Assembly (NCBI GenBank): GCA_002294045.1
Contig: DBEP01000015.1
Coordinates: 9,276 to 32,000, forward strand
Direction: 5' to 3'
Source of the DNA: Lachnoclostridium sp. UBA903
Lineage (GTDB): Bacteria; Bacillota; Clostridia; Lachnospirales; Lachnospiraceae
Length of the DNA: 22,725 bases
Below, piece by piece: positions 1-7,970 of this stretch. Below the pieces are notes generated by a model. That model searched no databases. It had not been told where the DNA came from and saw only the letters and a program-made list of their open reading frames with translations. The translations under genes and the position numbers were made by a program. Each line of letters begins with the position of its first letter. The stretch's first letter is position 1.

Positions 1-193
1 CTCCCACAAATTGGAGCATCCAGCCCGGTACAAGCATTTTTCAAACACACTCTAGAGCGTGTTATAAAAATTATTGCACTGGCTGGAAGGACTTTTGCAT
101 AATCCGGAGCTGGATTTTGCAGAAATCCAAATCAGACATATTATATGGAGCTATTAAGTTCACCAAATAAAGTGTATTTTAAAAATTCTTTTT

Positions 194-240
194 GAGCTTG
201 TTCGGGATTCACGAATGTGATTCCGGATGAGCTCTTTTTT
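194..240 (+). terminator. Putative rho-independent terminator closing an upstream + strand transcription unit
   Basis: A long imperfect hairpin (GAGCTTGTTCGGGATTCAC...GTGATTCCGGATGAGCTC, 194-234) is followed directly by T6 (235-240). A second perfect 9-bp hairpin (ATCTCATAG/CTATGAGAT, 241-269) follows it. Two + frames stay open from the left window edge, one stopping at 100-102 and one at 168-170, so a + strand gene probably ends just upstream. Confidence 0.55.
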
Positions 241-380
241 ATCTCATAGGAGAGTTCGTTCTATGAGATAAAAACCCTCCTGGCAGGGATGCGCATGACG
301 CACTATGGAAACAAGGAATAGCTATTTTTGTCTGCGGATTAGTTTAGTAACTGGAATAATTTTAAGGGCCCTTTAACATA

Positions 381-409
381 TTGACAGAAAGGATATGTAA
401 TGATATTGT
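381..409 (+). promoter_or_regulatory. Candidate sigma-A promoter of the phosphofructokinase gene
   Basis: TTGACA (381-386), a 17-nt spacer, then TATTGT (404-409) preceded by TG at 401-402 (extended -10). This predicts a leader of about 105 nt before the ATG at 521. Confidence 0.45.
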
Positions 410-520
410 GTATTAGCGCAGGTTCCAGATTGTTTAGATTAATCTAAAATAATTAGCTGACATTGAATGGAAACAAAGCTTTAGTGAATAAATATGACTG
501 AAATATAGGGAGGGAAAAGT

Positions 521-1750
521 ATGGTGGGCAATGTCCTGGTCGGCCAATCCGGCGGACCTACTGCAGTAATAAATTCCAGTCTTGCCGGAGTTTATAAAAC
601 AGCGAAAGCGCAGGGAGCAGAAAAAGTATTTGGAATGCTCTATGGAATACAAGGACTATTAGAAGAAAAATATGTGGATTTGGATGAACATTTTCATAAT
701 GATTTAGAGATTGAATTGTTAAAAAGAACGCCTTCATCCTATTTGGGGTCCTGCCGTTATAAACTTCCTGATTATGAAGCAGATACCGCAATCTATGATA
801 CAATATTTCAAATATTAAAAAAACTGGATATCGGATATTTTTTCTATATCGGCGGGAATGATTCCATGGATACGATTAAGAAATTATCGGATTATGCAGA
901 AACCATTCAAAGCAATATCCGATTTATCGGTGTGCCGAAAACCATTGATAATGATTTGGAAGCCACGGATCATACACCGGGATACGGAAGTGCGGCAAAG
1001 TTTATAGCAGCGACGACCAGGGAGATTATCCGGGACAGTCTGGTTTATGACCAGAAAAGTGTTACAATCATAGAAATCATGGGGAGGAATGTAGGATGGC
1101 TGACGGGAGCTTCAGCCTTAGCCGGCAGCACGGAATGCGCAGGGCCGGATTTTTTATATCTTCCGGAATTGGATTTTTGCCTGGAAGAATTTATTAAGAA
1201 GATAGAACAGCTTCAGAAAACAAAGAAAGCCCTGGTGATTGCAGTATCCGAAGGAATTCGCCTGGCGGATGGAAGATATGTTTGTGAATTAACGGAAGAT
1301 GTTAAATATACCGACCAGTTTGGCCATGCTTTATTAAGCGGGTCGGGCAAATATTTATCGAACCTGGTTTCAAGGGAATTGGGATGCAAATCACGGGGAA
1401 TCGAGTTAAACACTTTACAGCGTTGCGCTTCCCATATGGCATCCTTAATCGATATAACAGAAGCCTTTCAGGTGGGCGAGGCAGCAGTAAATGCGGCTGT
1501 GGAAGGAAAGACCGGGGAGATGGTCATAATCACCCGTGTTTCAAACCGGCCCTACCAGTGTACTACCGGAACATATGATATCCATAAGATTGCCAATATA
1601 GAGAAAAAAGTTCCCCTGACCTGGATAAAGGAAGACAATACCGGCATTGCCGAAGAATTTATGGAGTATGTCAGACCTCTGATCCAGGATGAATTAACCC
1701 CTATTATGATAGGGGGACTGCCGAAACACATTAATTATAGCATATTTTAA
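521..1750 (+). CDS. pfk: Phosphofructokinase family protein, probably PPi-dependent (diphosphate--fructose-6-phosphate 1-phosphotransferase type)
   Basis: 409-aa ORF with a GGGAGGG RBS at 508-514. PFK motifs: N-terminal GQSGGPTAVINSS, GGNDS (res 111-115), PKTIDND (res 139-145), MGR (res 187-189). Asp at the E. coli G104-equivalent position and Lys at the G124-equivalent position are the classic PPi-versus-ATP discriminators. Confidence 0.9.
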   Translation: MVGNVLVGQSGGPTAVINSSLAGVYKTAKAQGAEKVFGMLYGIQGLLEEKYVDLDEHFHNDLEIELLKRTPSSYLGSCRYKLPDYEADTAIYDTIFQILKKLDIGYFFYIGGNDSMDTIKKLSDYAETIQSNIRFIGVPKTIDNDLEATDHTPGYGSAAKFIAATTREIIRDSLVYDQKSVTIIEIMGRNVGWLTGASALAGSTECAGPDFLYLPELDFCLEEFIKKIEQLQKTKKALVIAVSEGIRLADGRYVCELTEDVKYTDQFGHALLSGSGKYLSNLVSRELGCKSRGIELNTLQRCASHMASLIDITEAFQVGEAAVNAAVEGKTGEMVIITRVSNRPYQCTTGTYDIHKIANIEKKVPLTWIKEDNTGIAEEFMEYVRPLIQDELTPIMIGGLPKHINYSIF

Positions 1751-1769
1751 TTAGGGCATGCCTGAAAAT

Positions 1770-3284
1770 TCATTTCCCCGAGAAGCGTTCTATATATGCG
1801 GAAGGAGTATATCCGGTATATTTTTTGAAAATCTGGCTGAAATATCTGGGATTATTTCCGCAGCCGACCCTATCGGCAACAAAAGCAATGGTAGAATCCT
1901 GCATGAGAAGAAGGTTTTTGGCTGTTTCAATCCTCCTCCGGTTCAGATAGTGGGAAAATTTTTCGCCATTTTCTTTTGCAAAGATTCTGCTGAGATAATC
2001 CACATTCATATGAACCTGCTCCCTGGCAATTTTTTTCAGGGAGATATCGGGATTGGAAAGGTTCTCCTCCACATAATTTTTGACCTGGGTTACAATGGAG
2101 TTTTTTTCAACGCAGTCGGAAAGCAACAGCATTATCTGGTCCGTAAGAATCTCCCGGTATGTAGTGATATCCTCGCACAGCGACAATTTTTCCAGTAAAT
2201 CCTGATAAACCGATTTATAAAATTGCATTTCCGGTAATGCACGGATTAACTGGGATAAAAGGTGAATCCCATAATTATGGAGAAGATTTATGTCTTCTAT
2301 AGGTGTAAAATAATTTTCCAGCAGCTTCTTAATTTTCCCTTCTCCGTCCGTCCGGCCATGGTAAGTCATCAGCTGGCCGGTCAGGATTTGAGTTTTTTCA
2401 AAAGATAAGCAGGCGTTATAGACTTCCCTCAGCTGTAAACGGGCACTGATGCTGAAAATTTTTGAATATCTCATAAGATTGGAAGTGAGCCGCTGTAAGC
2501 TTTCCGTCAGATTATCACAGGTGTTGCAGGTATAGGTAATCCGGACAGTCTGGCCGGAAAACCATGCATTTTCACTGAAAGAACGCAATTTGCCGGAAAG
2601 CCCGGGCTCATTTTCCATAATTACGGCCATGGAATGCCGCACATAGAGAAAATCCACAATAGGTACAATGCCGAATTCATCCAGAATCCAGTATACCGCT
2701 TCTGCAAAAGCTTTTATAAAACATTCCTCCACAAATGAAAAATAGGCGGTAAGGTATCCGGTTTTGCTTTTGCTCTTTTTGTAACAGTTTGATTCCGCCG
2801 GCTTTGCACCTGAAACAAATAAATCATACAGCAGAAGCTGCCTGTGGTATTCTTCCGCCTGTTTACTGAGCCGTTGCTGTTCCAGTTCCAGTGAATTCCG
2901 GCTCTTTTTGCTGAGGCAATTACTTTTTGCATTTTCCACTGCCGTTATCAGCTGCTCTTCGCCTGCGGGTTTTAACAGATAGCATCGTACGCCCAGCTGC
3001 ATTGCCTGTTTGGCAAAATCAAATTCCTTGTAGCCGGACAGAATAATAAACTCCACATCCGGATCCATTTTGCTTATTTTTTCAATTAATTCTAACCCCG
3101 TAAACCCCGGCATTTTAATATCGGTCAGTACAATATCAGGTGACTCGTCCATAATGGCATCCAGTACCTCCACGCCATTATTACAGCTTGCGACTATTTT
3201 AACACCAACAGCTTCCCAGTCAATACACTCTACTATGGACTCCCGAATGACTTTTTCGTCATCTGCAACAATCATGGTAAACAT
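1770..3284 (-). CDS. Two-component response regulator: CheY-like receiver plus AraC-type HTH (YesN-like)
   Basis: The receiver domain (MFTMIVADDE...VLTDIKMPGFTG, phospho-acceptor Asp about res 55) and the C-terminal AraC HTH (SHYLNRRRIETAKNLL...GCGNNPRYFSQIFKKYTGYTPSAY) are both recognisable. I place the start at the ATG at 3284, which has a GGAGG RBS 9 nt upstream. The longest ORF instead begins at a TTG at 3305 with no RBS. Confidence 0.9.
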   Translation of the reverse strand: MFTMIVADDEKVIRESIVECIDWEAVGVKIVASCNNGVEVLDAIMDESPDIVLTDIKMPGFTGLELIEKISKMDPDVEFIILSGYKEFDFAKQAMQLGVRCYLLKPAGEEQLITAVENAKSNCLSKKSRNSLELEQQRLSKQAEEYHRQLLLYDLFVSGAKPAESNCYKKSKSKTGYLTAYFSFVEECFIKAFAEAVYWILDEFGIVPIVDFLYVRHSMAVIMENEPGLSGKLRSFSENAWFSGQTVRITYTCNTCDNLTESLQRLTSNLMRYSKIFSISARLQLREVYNACLSFEKTQILTGQLMTYHGRTDGEGKIKKLLENYFTPIEDINLLHNYGIHLLSQLIRALPEMQFYKSVYQDLLEKLSLCEDITTYREILTDQIMLLLSDCVEKNSIVTQVKNYVEENLSNPDISLKKIAREQVHMNVDYLSRIFAKENGEKFSHYLNRRRIETAKNLLLMQDSTIAFVADRVGCGNNPRYFSQIFKKYTGYTPSAYIERFSGK

Positions 3285-3313
3285 AGCTATTTTCCTCCCT
3301 CTCAATTTTATTA

Positions 3314-5101
3314 TTAATTCCGCGCCTCACGGCAGATGGTTCCCGAGGTAAAATGCTCTGTTCTGGCAGGTATATCAAAAAATACCACGACGCTGTTTTG
3401 AGCGCTTTTAAACCGCAGGCCCCAGGAGTCGCCAAAGAGCAATTTTATCCGGCTGTCAATATTGGTTAATCCCACACCGTTTCTTTTGGCAATTACCTTA
3501 TGTTCTTTTAGCAGCTGCAAAATATCTTCATTAATCTCCGAACCGTTATTTTCCACTTCGACATGAAGCAAATTATTTTTCAGTCCCGCCCGGATTACGA
3601 TCCTGCAGCCGTCGATATTTTCTTCCAGGCCATAGATTACGGCGTTTTCCACCAATGGCTGAATAGACATTTTGGGTATCAGATACGGCAGAGCTTCTTT
3701 GGCGATTTCCAAAGAAACCGATAAGGTATCCGAAAACCGTATTTTTTGAATGAGCAGATAGTTTTCTAAAACTTTAATTTCTTCCTCCAGGGAAATCAGG
3801 TCCTGTTTTTCCGAAAGACCGCTGCGAAGCAGTTTCCCCAGGGCCTGTACAATGGCGGATATATTTTTTTCACCGCTGCGGTTCGCAAACCAATGAACGG
3901 TTTCCAGGGAATTATAAAGAAAGTGAGGATTAATCTGCTGTTCCAGTGATTTTAGCTGGGTCTGGGTCAGAAGCAGTTCTTTCACGTAATTATCCTCAAT
4001 TACTTTTTTAAAGTCTGCCGTCATCTGGTCAAAGTACTGGTTCAGGCGCCCCAATTCATCCTGCCGTACTTCTTGGGGAACCGGATATGGTTCCAGGTTC
4101 CCGGAACGTACCCGTTTCATTTTCTCCAGTAAACGGTTAAACTGTACATTAATTTCCCGGAATAAAATTCCCGATAACAATACTGTAAGAATCACAGCTA
4201 TAAAAATGCGTATAATATAAGCTGCCCGGGTTGCCTTAATGGAGTAAAAAAGTTCATCATAGGGAACGCCTAAGGTAAGTGCCCAGTGAAGCGAGGGCGT
4301 TGTTATGACCATCCGGGAAACAAAAAACATATTGCCGGAAATTTTTTGGATTGAGTAAGTATTAATCTCTTTCTTTAGCGGAACCGGAAAAATTGTAACG
4401 GATTCGGTTGATTTAGGGGGATAAAGAAGCATATTTACGTCGTGAATATTAATCGTATACGAGGGAGTCCCCATGACTTTTTGGGCGGCTTCCCCGACAA
4501 TCCGGCTTAAATTCACCCGGATGAGGACAACGCCGATGGTTTCAAGGGAAAGACTCTGGATTTTTCTTATCTGGCGTACACATAAAATGCTTCCGTCTTC
4601 CCTGCCGGCGGACATCCACCCCGGAGAACCTTTTTTTTGAGCGGCAAGTTTTTTGGCAGCAGCCGTAATCTCGGGAGCTTCCGGAGAAGAATTCTGTCCC
4701 CAGACAATCCGGTCCCCGGATATGGGAAGAATGGAAGCGCTGATGATATCCGTATTAAAGTAAGCATATAAAACCTTCAGAATTTCTTTTTGCGAATTTG
4801 TACGAATATTGGAATAAGGGGATTCGTTAAAAATTTCAAGATTTTTTTGAAGGCTGCGGTTGACGGCAAAGGATAAGGAAGCATCTTCAATACTGTTAAG
4901 TGAATTTGAGATTTCCTTGGATAGATAGCCCATGGAATTGGCTGTCTGTTCATAAATCAATTTGTTGGAATTGTTTACCACCTTTTGCAGTCCCATAATG
5001 GATACCACGCTCATAACCAATGCAACAACAAGTGTTACATAGATTAATTTATATTTTAATGGCAGATTTTTCGGTAAAAAAAGTGATGGATTTATCTTCA
5101 T
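3314..5101 (-). CDS. Sensor histidine kinase, YesM/LytS-type (two TM segments, extracytoplasmic sensor domain, HAMP, His_kinase, HATPase)
   Basis: 595-aa ORF with an AAGGA RBS 8 nt upstream of the ATG. Hydrophobic segments lie at about res 18-38 and 293-314 and flank a domain of about 250 aa. The LEQQINPHFLYNSLETV phospho-acceptor box is typical of the PF06580 family, and there is a C-terminal ATPase region (GVGLTNIDSRIKLLFG). It sits 29 nt upstream of the response regulator gene. Confidence 0.9.
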   Translation of the reverse strand: MKINPSLFLPKNLPLKYKLIYVTLVVALVMSVVSIMGLQKVVNNSNKLIYEQTANSMGYLSKEISNSLNSIEDASLSFAVNRSLQKNLEIFNESPYSNIRTNSQKEILKVLYAYFNTDIISASILPISGDRIVWGQNSSPEAPEITAAAKKLAAQKKGSPGWMSAGREDGSILCVRQIRKIQSLSLETIGVVLIRVNLSRIVGEAAQKVMGTPSYTINIHDVNMLLYPPKSTESVTIFPVPLKKEINTYSIQKISGNMFFVSRMVITTPSLHWALTLGVPYDELFYSIKATRAAYIIRIFIAVILTVLLSGILFREINVQFNRLLEKMKRVRSGNLEPYPVPQEVRQDELGRLNQYFDQMTADFKKVIEDNYVKELLLTQTQLKSLEQQINPHFLYNSLETVHWFANRSGEKNISAIVQALGKLLRSGLSEKQDLISLEEEIKVLENYLLIQKIRFSDTLSVSLEIAKEALPYLIPKMSIQPLVENAVIYGLEENIDGCRIVIRAGLKNNLLHVEVENNGSEINEDILQLLKEHKVIAKRNGVGLTNIDSRIKLLFGDSWGLRFKSAQNSVVVFFDIPARTEHFTSGTICREARN

Positions 5102-5130
5102 GTATCTATCCTTTCTGAATTTCTCTTATT

Positions 5131-5273
5131 GAATTCGTTACAGTTCAGCCTTACCGCTAAACTGCGACAAATGATGCAAGCGCAGGTAGGCCTCGGATTT
5201 TCTGTGGCTTTCGCTTCGCTGCACTCACAAAAAACACCTCGCAGTACCATAGGCTGAACTGTAGCTTGAATTC
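5131..5273. repeat. 143-bp imperfect palindromic element (MITE/REP-like, or a structured leader)
   Basis: Terminal GAATTC pairs with GAATTC (5131-5136 / 5268-5273). A perfect 13-bp inverted repeat TACAGTTCAGCCT/AGGCTGAACTGTA lies at 5139-5151 / 5251-5263. Further inner pairings include ACTGCGA/TCGCAGT (5161-5167 / 5239-5245) and GCA-GCG/CGC-TGC. The element sits 30 nt upstream of the kinase start codon. Confidence 0.6.
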
Positions 5274-5453
5274 TTCTTATATTTATAACAGTATATTGTT
5301 TTTTTACAAATGGGTAAAGTGATTTTCTAAATCCGTCGTTTTTTTAAACATATATCAAAGTTTTTTTTATTTCGTTTTGTGTGTTTTTACTGTATCCTTG
5401 TAACGATAAGTCACAAGTGCTTATACATATTACATATTTGAGGAGGATTTGTT

Positions 5454-6788
5454 ATGATGAAATGCAAACTAAGGCGGGGACTGTGTTGCTGCTTGGCAAC
5501 ATTGCTGGTATTGGGTTCCTTCACCGCATGCGGCTCGAATACGAAGAAGGACGATAATGCTTCCACAGATAACAATTCAACAGCAGCGGAAGAAAGCAAG
5601 AAAATCAGGATTGCATGGTGGGGAAATCAGGTGCGCAATGATACTACGATAGCCGCACTGGATGCTTACACGAAGGAACATCCTAATATTACTTTTGAAA
5701 CCGAGTTTTCAGACTGGAGCGGTTACTGGGATAAGATGGCTACCCAGGCGGCTTCGGATAACCTGCCGGATATAATTCAGCAGGATTATGCTTATGTTTC
5801 ACAGTATCAGGAAAAAAAACAGCTTGCTAACCTGGATTCTTATGTAAATTCCAACGCGCTGAATCTGGCAGATGTCAATGACAGTGTCCTGGAAGCGGGA
5901 AAAATGAATGGCTCACTGTATGCTGTGGTTGCCGGGGTTAATGCCGTAAGTTCGGTTTATAATGCAGCTATGCTGGAGGAAGCAGGACTTACTATATCCT
6001 TGCATCCCACCTACAGCGAAATCAAAGAACTGGCTGTGCAAATCAAAGAAAAACTGGGTGTTTCCACAGAAATGCCTGCCGGTGAATGGGCCGTACAGAT
6101 GATGGCAAGGGATAAGGGAGAGGTTCTGTTTGACAGCAAAAACAGTAAGCTTGGCATCAGTGAGGAAACTGCACTTGAATATTTTCAGGATATTAAGGAA
6201 CAAATTGACAGTGACTGGGGGCTTACCGTAGATGTTATACAGGAAGCTTCTACGGCCGGCGTTGAAGGAAGTCCTATGGCAACCGGAAAGTCCTGGAGTA
6301 TGTTTCCGGGGTCCAATCAGATCTCCGCAATAAGGAATGCCAACAAGGATAAAATAGATATTGTAATGTATCCAAAAACCGATGATGCGGTTAATGAAAG
6401 TATGTACTTAAGACCGTCCATGTTCTGGAGTGTTGCCGAATCATCGAAAAATAAAGATATAGCAGTGGATGTAATCAATTATTTTACGAATTCAGAGACG
6501 GCTCAGGATAATTTAAAAGCAGAACGCGGTGTGCCTATTTCATCCAAAATGGCCAAATATATGGAGCCTTCCCTGGATGAAGTCCAGAAACAGCAGTTTG
6601 ATTATATTGCCAAAGTATCGGAAATCGCAGTTCCCATTGATCCTCCGTACCCTGCCGGTTCCAATGAAGTTATTACCTTTTTGGGTGAATTGACCGATGC
6701 GGTCCGTTATAAAGAATCAACTCCGGAGGATGCGGCGGCCCGGTTTATAAAAGAAGCGAATGAGATTCTTGCTAACAAAGGACAATAA
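5454..6788 (+). CDS. ABC transporter extracellular solute-binding lipoprotein (family-1 sugar-binding protein)
   Basis: 444-aa ORF with a GAGGAGG RBS (5440-5446) 7 nt before the ATG. The signal peptide has a lipobox-like FTAC followed by a Ser/Asn/Thr/Asp-rich linker. Its size and position directly upstream of two MalF/MalG-type permeases fit a binding protein. Confidence 0.9.
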   Translation: MMKCKLRRGLCCCLATLLVLGSFTACGSNTKKDDNASTDNNSTAAEESKKIRIAWWGNQVRNDTTIAALDAYTKEHPNITFETEFSDWSGYWDKMATQAASDNLPDIIQQDYAYVSQYQEKKQLANLDSYVNSNALNLADVNDSVLEAGKMNGSLYAVVAGVNAVSSVYNAAMLEEAGLTISLHPTYSEIKELAVQIKEKLGVSTEMPAGEWAVQMMARDKGEVLFDSKNSKLGISEETALEYFQDIKEQIDSDWGLTVDVIQEASTAGVEGSPMATGKSWSMFPGSNQISAIRNANKDKIDIVMYPKTDDAVNESMYLRPSMFWSVAESSKNKDIAVDVINYFTNSETAQDNLKAERGVPISSKMAKYMEPSLDEVQKQQFDYIAKVSEIAVPIDPPYPAGSNEVITFLGELTDAVRYKESTPEDAAARFIKEANEILANKGQ

Positions 6789-6796
6789 TACGGAAT

Positions 6797-6848
6797 AAAA
6801 AAGGCAGCCCGGCTTAAGAACCGGTTTTTGGGGCAGGCTGCCTTTTTA
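6797..6848 (+). terminator. Intra-operon hairpin plus T-tract (partial terminator or mRNA-stabilising element) between the binding-protein and permease genes
   Basis: AAAAAGGCAGCC (6798-6809) pairs with GGCTGCCTTTTT (6836-6847). The core is 7 GC-rich bp with an A/T extension, and the T5 tract follows immediately. Confidence 0.55.
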
Positions 6849-6867
6849 AAAGAGAGGAGGGATTCCG

Positions 6868-7779
6868 ATAAAAAATCAAAAGCGAATTATAACATTTTTA
6901 CAAAAAGAACAGGTAGCAGGGTATGTTTTTATAATGCCGTTTATTATAGGGCTGTTCGCCTTTACCCTGATTCCTATTGTTGCCTCATTTGCACTTTCCT
7001 TTACCAATTATGATATTCTTTCCACACCAAAATTTGCCGGGCTGGATAACTATATCAGAATGTTTACGCAGGATTCGGTTTTTTGGAAAAGCTTCCGCGT
7101 TACTTTTTTTTATGCGGTTGTATCTGTCCCGTTAAAGCTGATTGCGGCTCTTATGGTGGCCATGTTTTTTCAAAGGACCAGCAGGGCAACTTCCGTTTAC
7201 CGGGCCGTATATTATCTTCCTTCCATCATGGGAGGCAGTGTTGCGATTGCAGTCCTGTGGAGACGTATGTTTGCTTCCGACGGTGTAATTAACGGTGTGC
7301 TGAATCAGCTTGGCATATTCAGCGATATCGGGTGGCTCAGCGGCACCAGGACCGCTATCTGGACGCTGATTATACTATCGGTCTGGCAATTCGGCTCCTC
7401 CATGCTGGTATTTCTGGCAGGACTAAAGCAAATTCCGGTTACGCTTTATGAGGCCTCCACGGTTGACGGATGCGGAAAAATAAAGCAATTTTTTAAAATT
7501 ACCCTTCCCATGCTTACACCGGTCATATTTTTTAATCTGGTACAGCAAACCATCAACGCATTTATGGCATTTACCCAGAGTTATGTTATTACCGGAGGGA
7601 AACCTTTAAACTCCACTCTGTTCTATACGGTTTATATGTATCAGCGTTCCTTTCAGTATTCGGAAATGGGTTATGGTTCCGCTATGGCTTGGTTTATGCT
7701 TGTTGTAGTAGCGCTGCTGACGGTTATGATTTTCCGGTCTTCCGGCAGGTGGGTTTACCGTGCTTCCGAGGAAGAATAG
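6868..7779 (+). CDS. ABC sugar transporter permease (MalF/UgpA-type); the start codon is non-canonical or damaged
   Basis: The ORF track starts at the ATG at 6934. However, the in-frame upstream sequence KNQKRIITFLQKEQVAGYVFIMPFIIG carries the family-typical basic N-terminus and the AGYxFIxPxxIG motif. No ATG, GTG, TTG or CTG occurs in frame between the stop at 6847-6849 and 6933. An ATA at 6868 lies 7 nt after GGAGG (6856-6860). The minimal call is 6934..7779. Confidence 0.8.
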   Translation: MKNQKRIITFLQKEQVAGYVFIMPFIIGLFAFTLIPIVASFALSFTNYDILSTPKFAGLDNYIRMFTQDSVFWKSFRVTFFYAVVSVPLKLIAALMVAMFFQRTSRATSVYRAVYYLPSIMGGSVAIAVLWRRMFASDGVINGVLNQLGIFSDIGWLSGTRTAIWTLIILSVWQFGSSMLVFLAGLKQIPVTLYEASTVDGCGKIKQFFKITLPMLTPVIFFNLVQQTINAFMAFTQSYVITGGKPLNSTLFYTVYMYQRSFQYSEMGYGSAMAWFMLVVVALLTVMIFRSSGRWVYRASEEE

Positions 7780-7812
7780 ATTGAAAAATGCGTTGTATTT
7801 TTTAATCATTCT

Positions 7813-7968
7813 ATTTTGGCAGTATCGCAAGCAAACTTGCGATATGCATGTGTGTTAGGTTGAAAGAAAATTTAAATTTAGAAAGGTCTGCCAGATATTG
7901 ATTTTTTCAACCTTTTTATTTTTGGCAGTATCACATCTGCTTGCAGACGTGATATGCAATGGGTGTTA
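7813..7968 (+). repeat. Structured intergenic insert: two direct copies of a hairpin module flanking a central AT-rich hairpin with a T-tract
   Basis: Copy A is 7813-7857 and copy B is 7918-7968. They share the flanks ATTTTGGCAGTATC...GATATGCA...GTGTTA. Stem A is TATCGCAAG/CTTGCGATA (7823-7844). Stem B is TATCACATCT/AGACGTGATA (7929-7954, one mismatch). The central inverted repeat AGGTTGAAA/TTTCAACCT (7857-7865 / 7905-7913) is followed by TTTTTATTTTT. Confidence 0.65.
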
Positions 7969-7970
7969 AT

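Noticed and set aside
1-170. Two + strand frames are open from the left edge: frame 1 ends at 100-102 (..HTLERVIKIIALAGRTFA) and frame 3 ends at 168-170 (Trp/Cys-rich peptide). A - strand ATG near position 37 also runs off the edge.
   Set aside because: The fragments are too short to identify and I cannot choose between the frames. The terminator at 194-240 suggests a + strand gene ends here, but I do not report a CDS that I cannot support.
434-803. - strand ORFs of 72 aa and 81 aa around the pfk start.
   Set aside because: They overlap the pfk RBS and N-terminal coding region in antisense, and have no supporting signals.
1758-2198. 146-aa + strand ORF overlapping the 3' end of the response regulator gene.
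   Set aside because: It is antisense to a well-supported AraC-HTH coding region, has no RBS and shows no recognisable motifs.
7816-7945. TGGCA...TTGCA strings in the hairpin repeats that resemble a sigma-54 -24/-12 promoter.
   Set aside because: The GG-to-GC spacing is wrong (about 15 nt rather than 10). No enhancer-binding protein gene is nearby.
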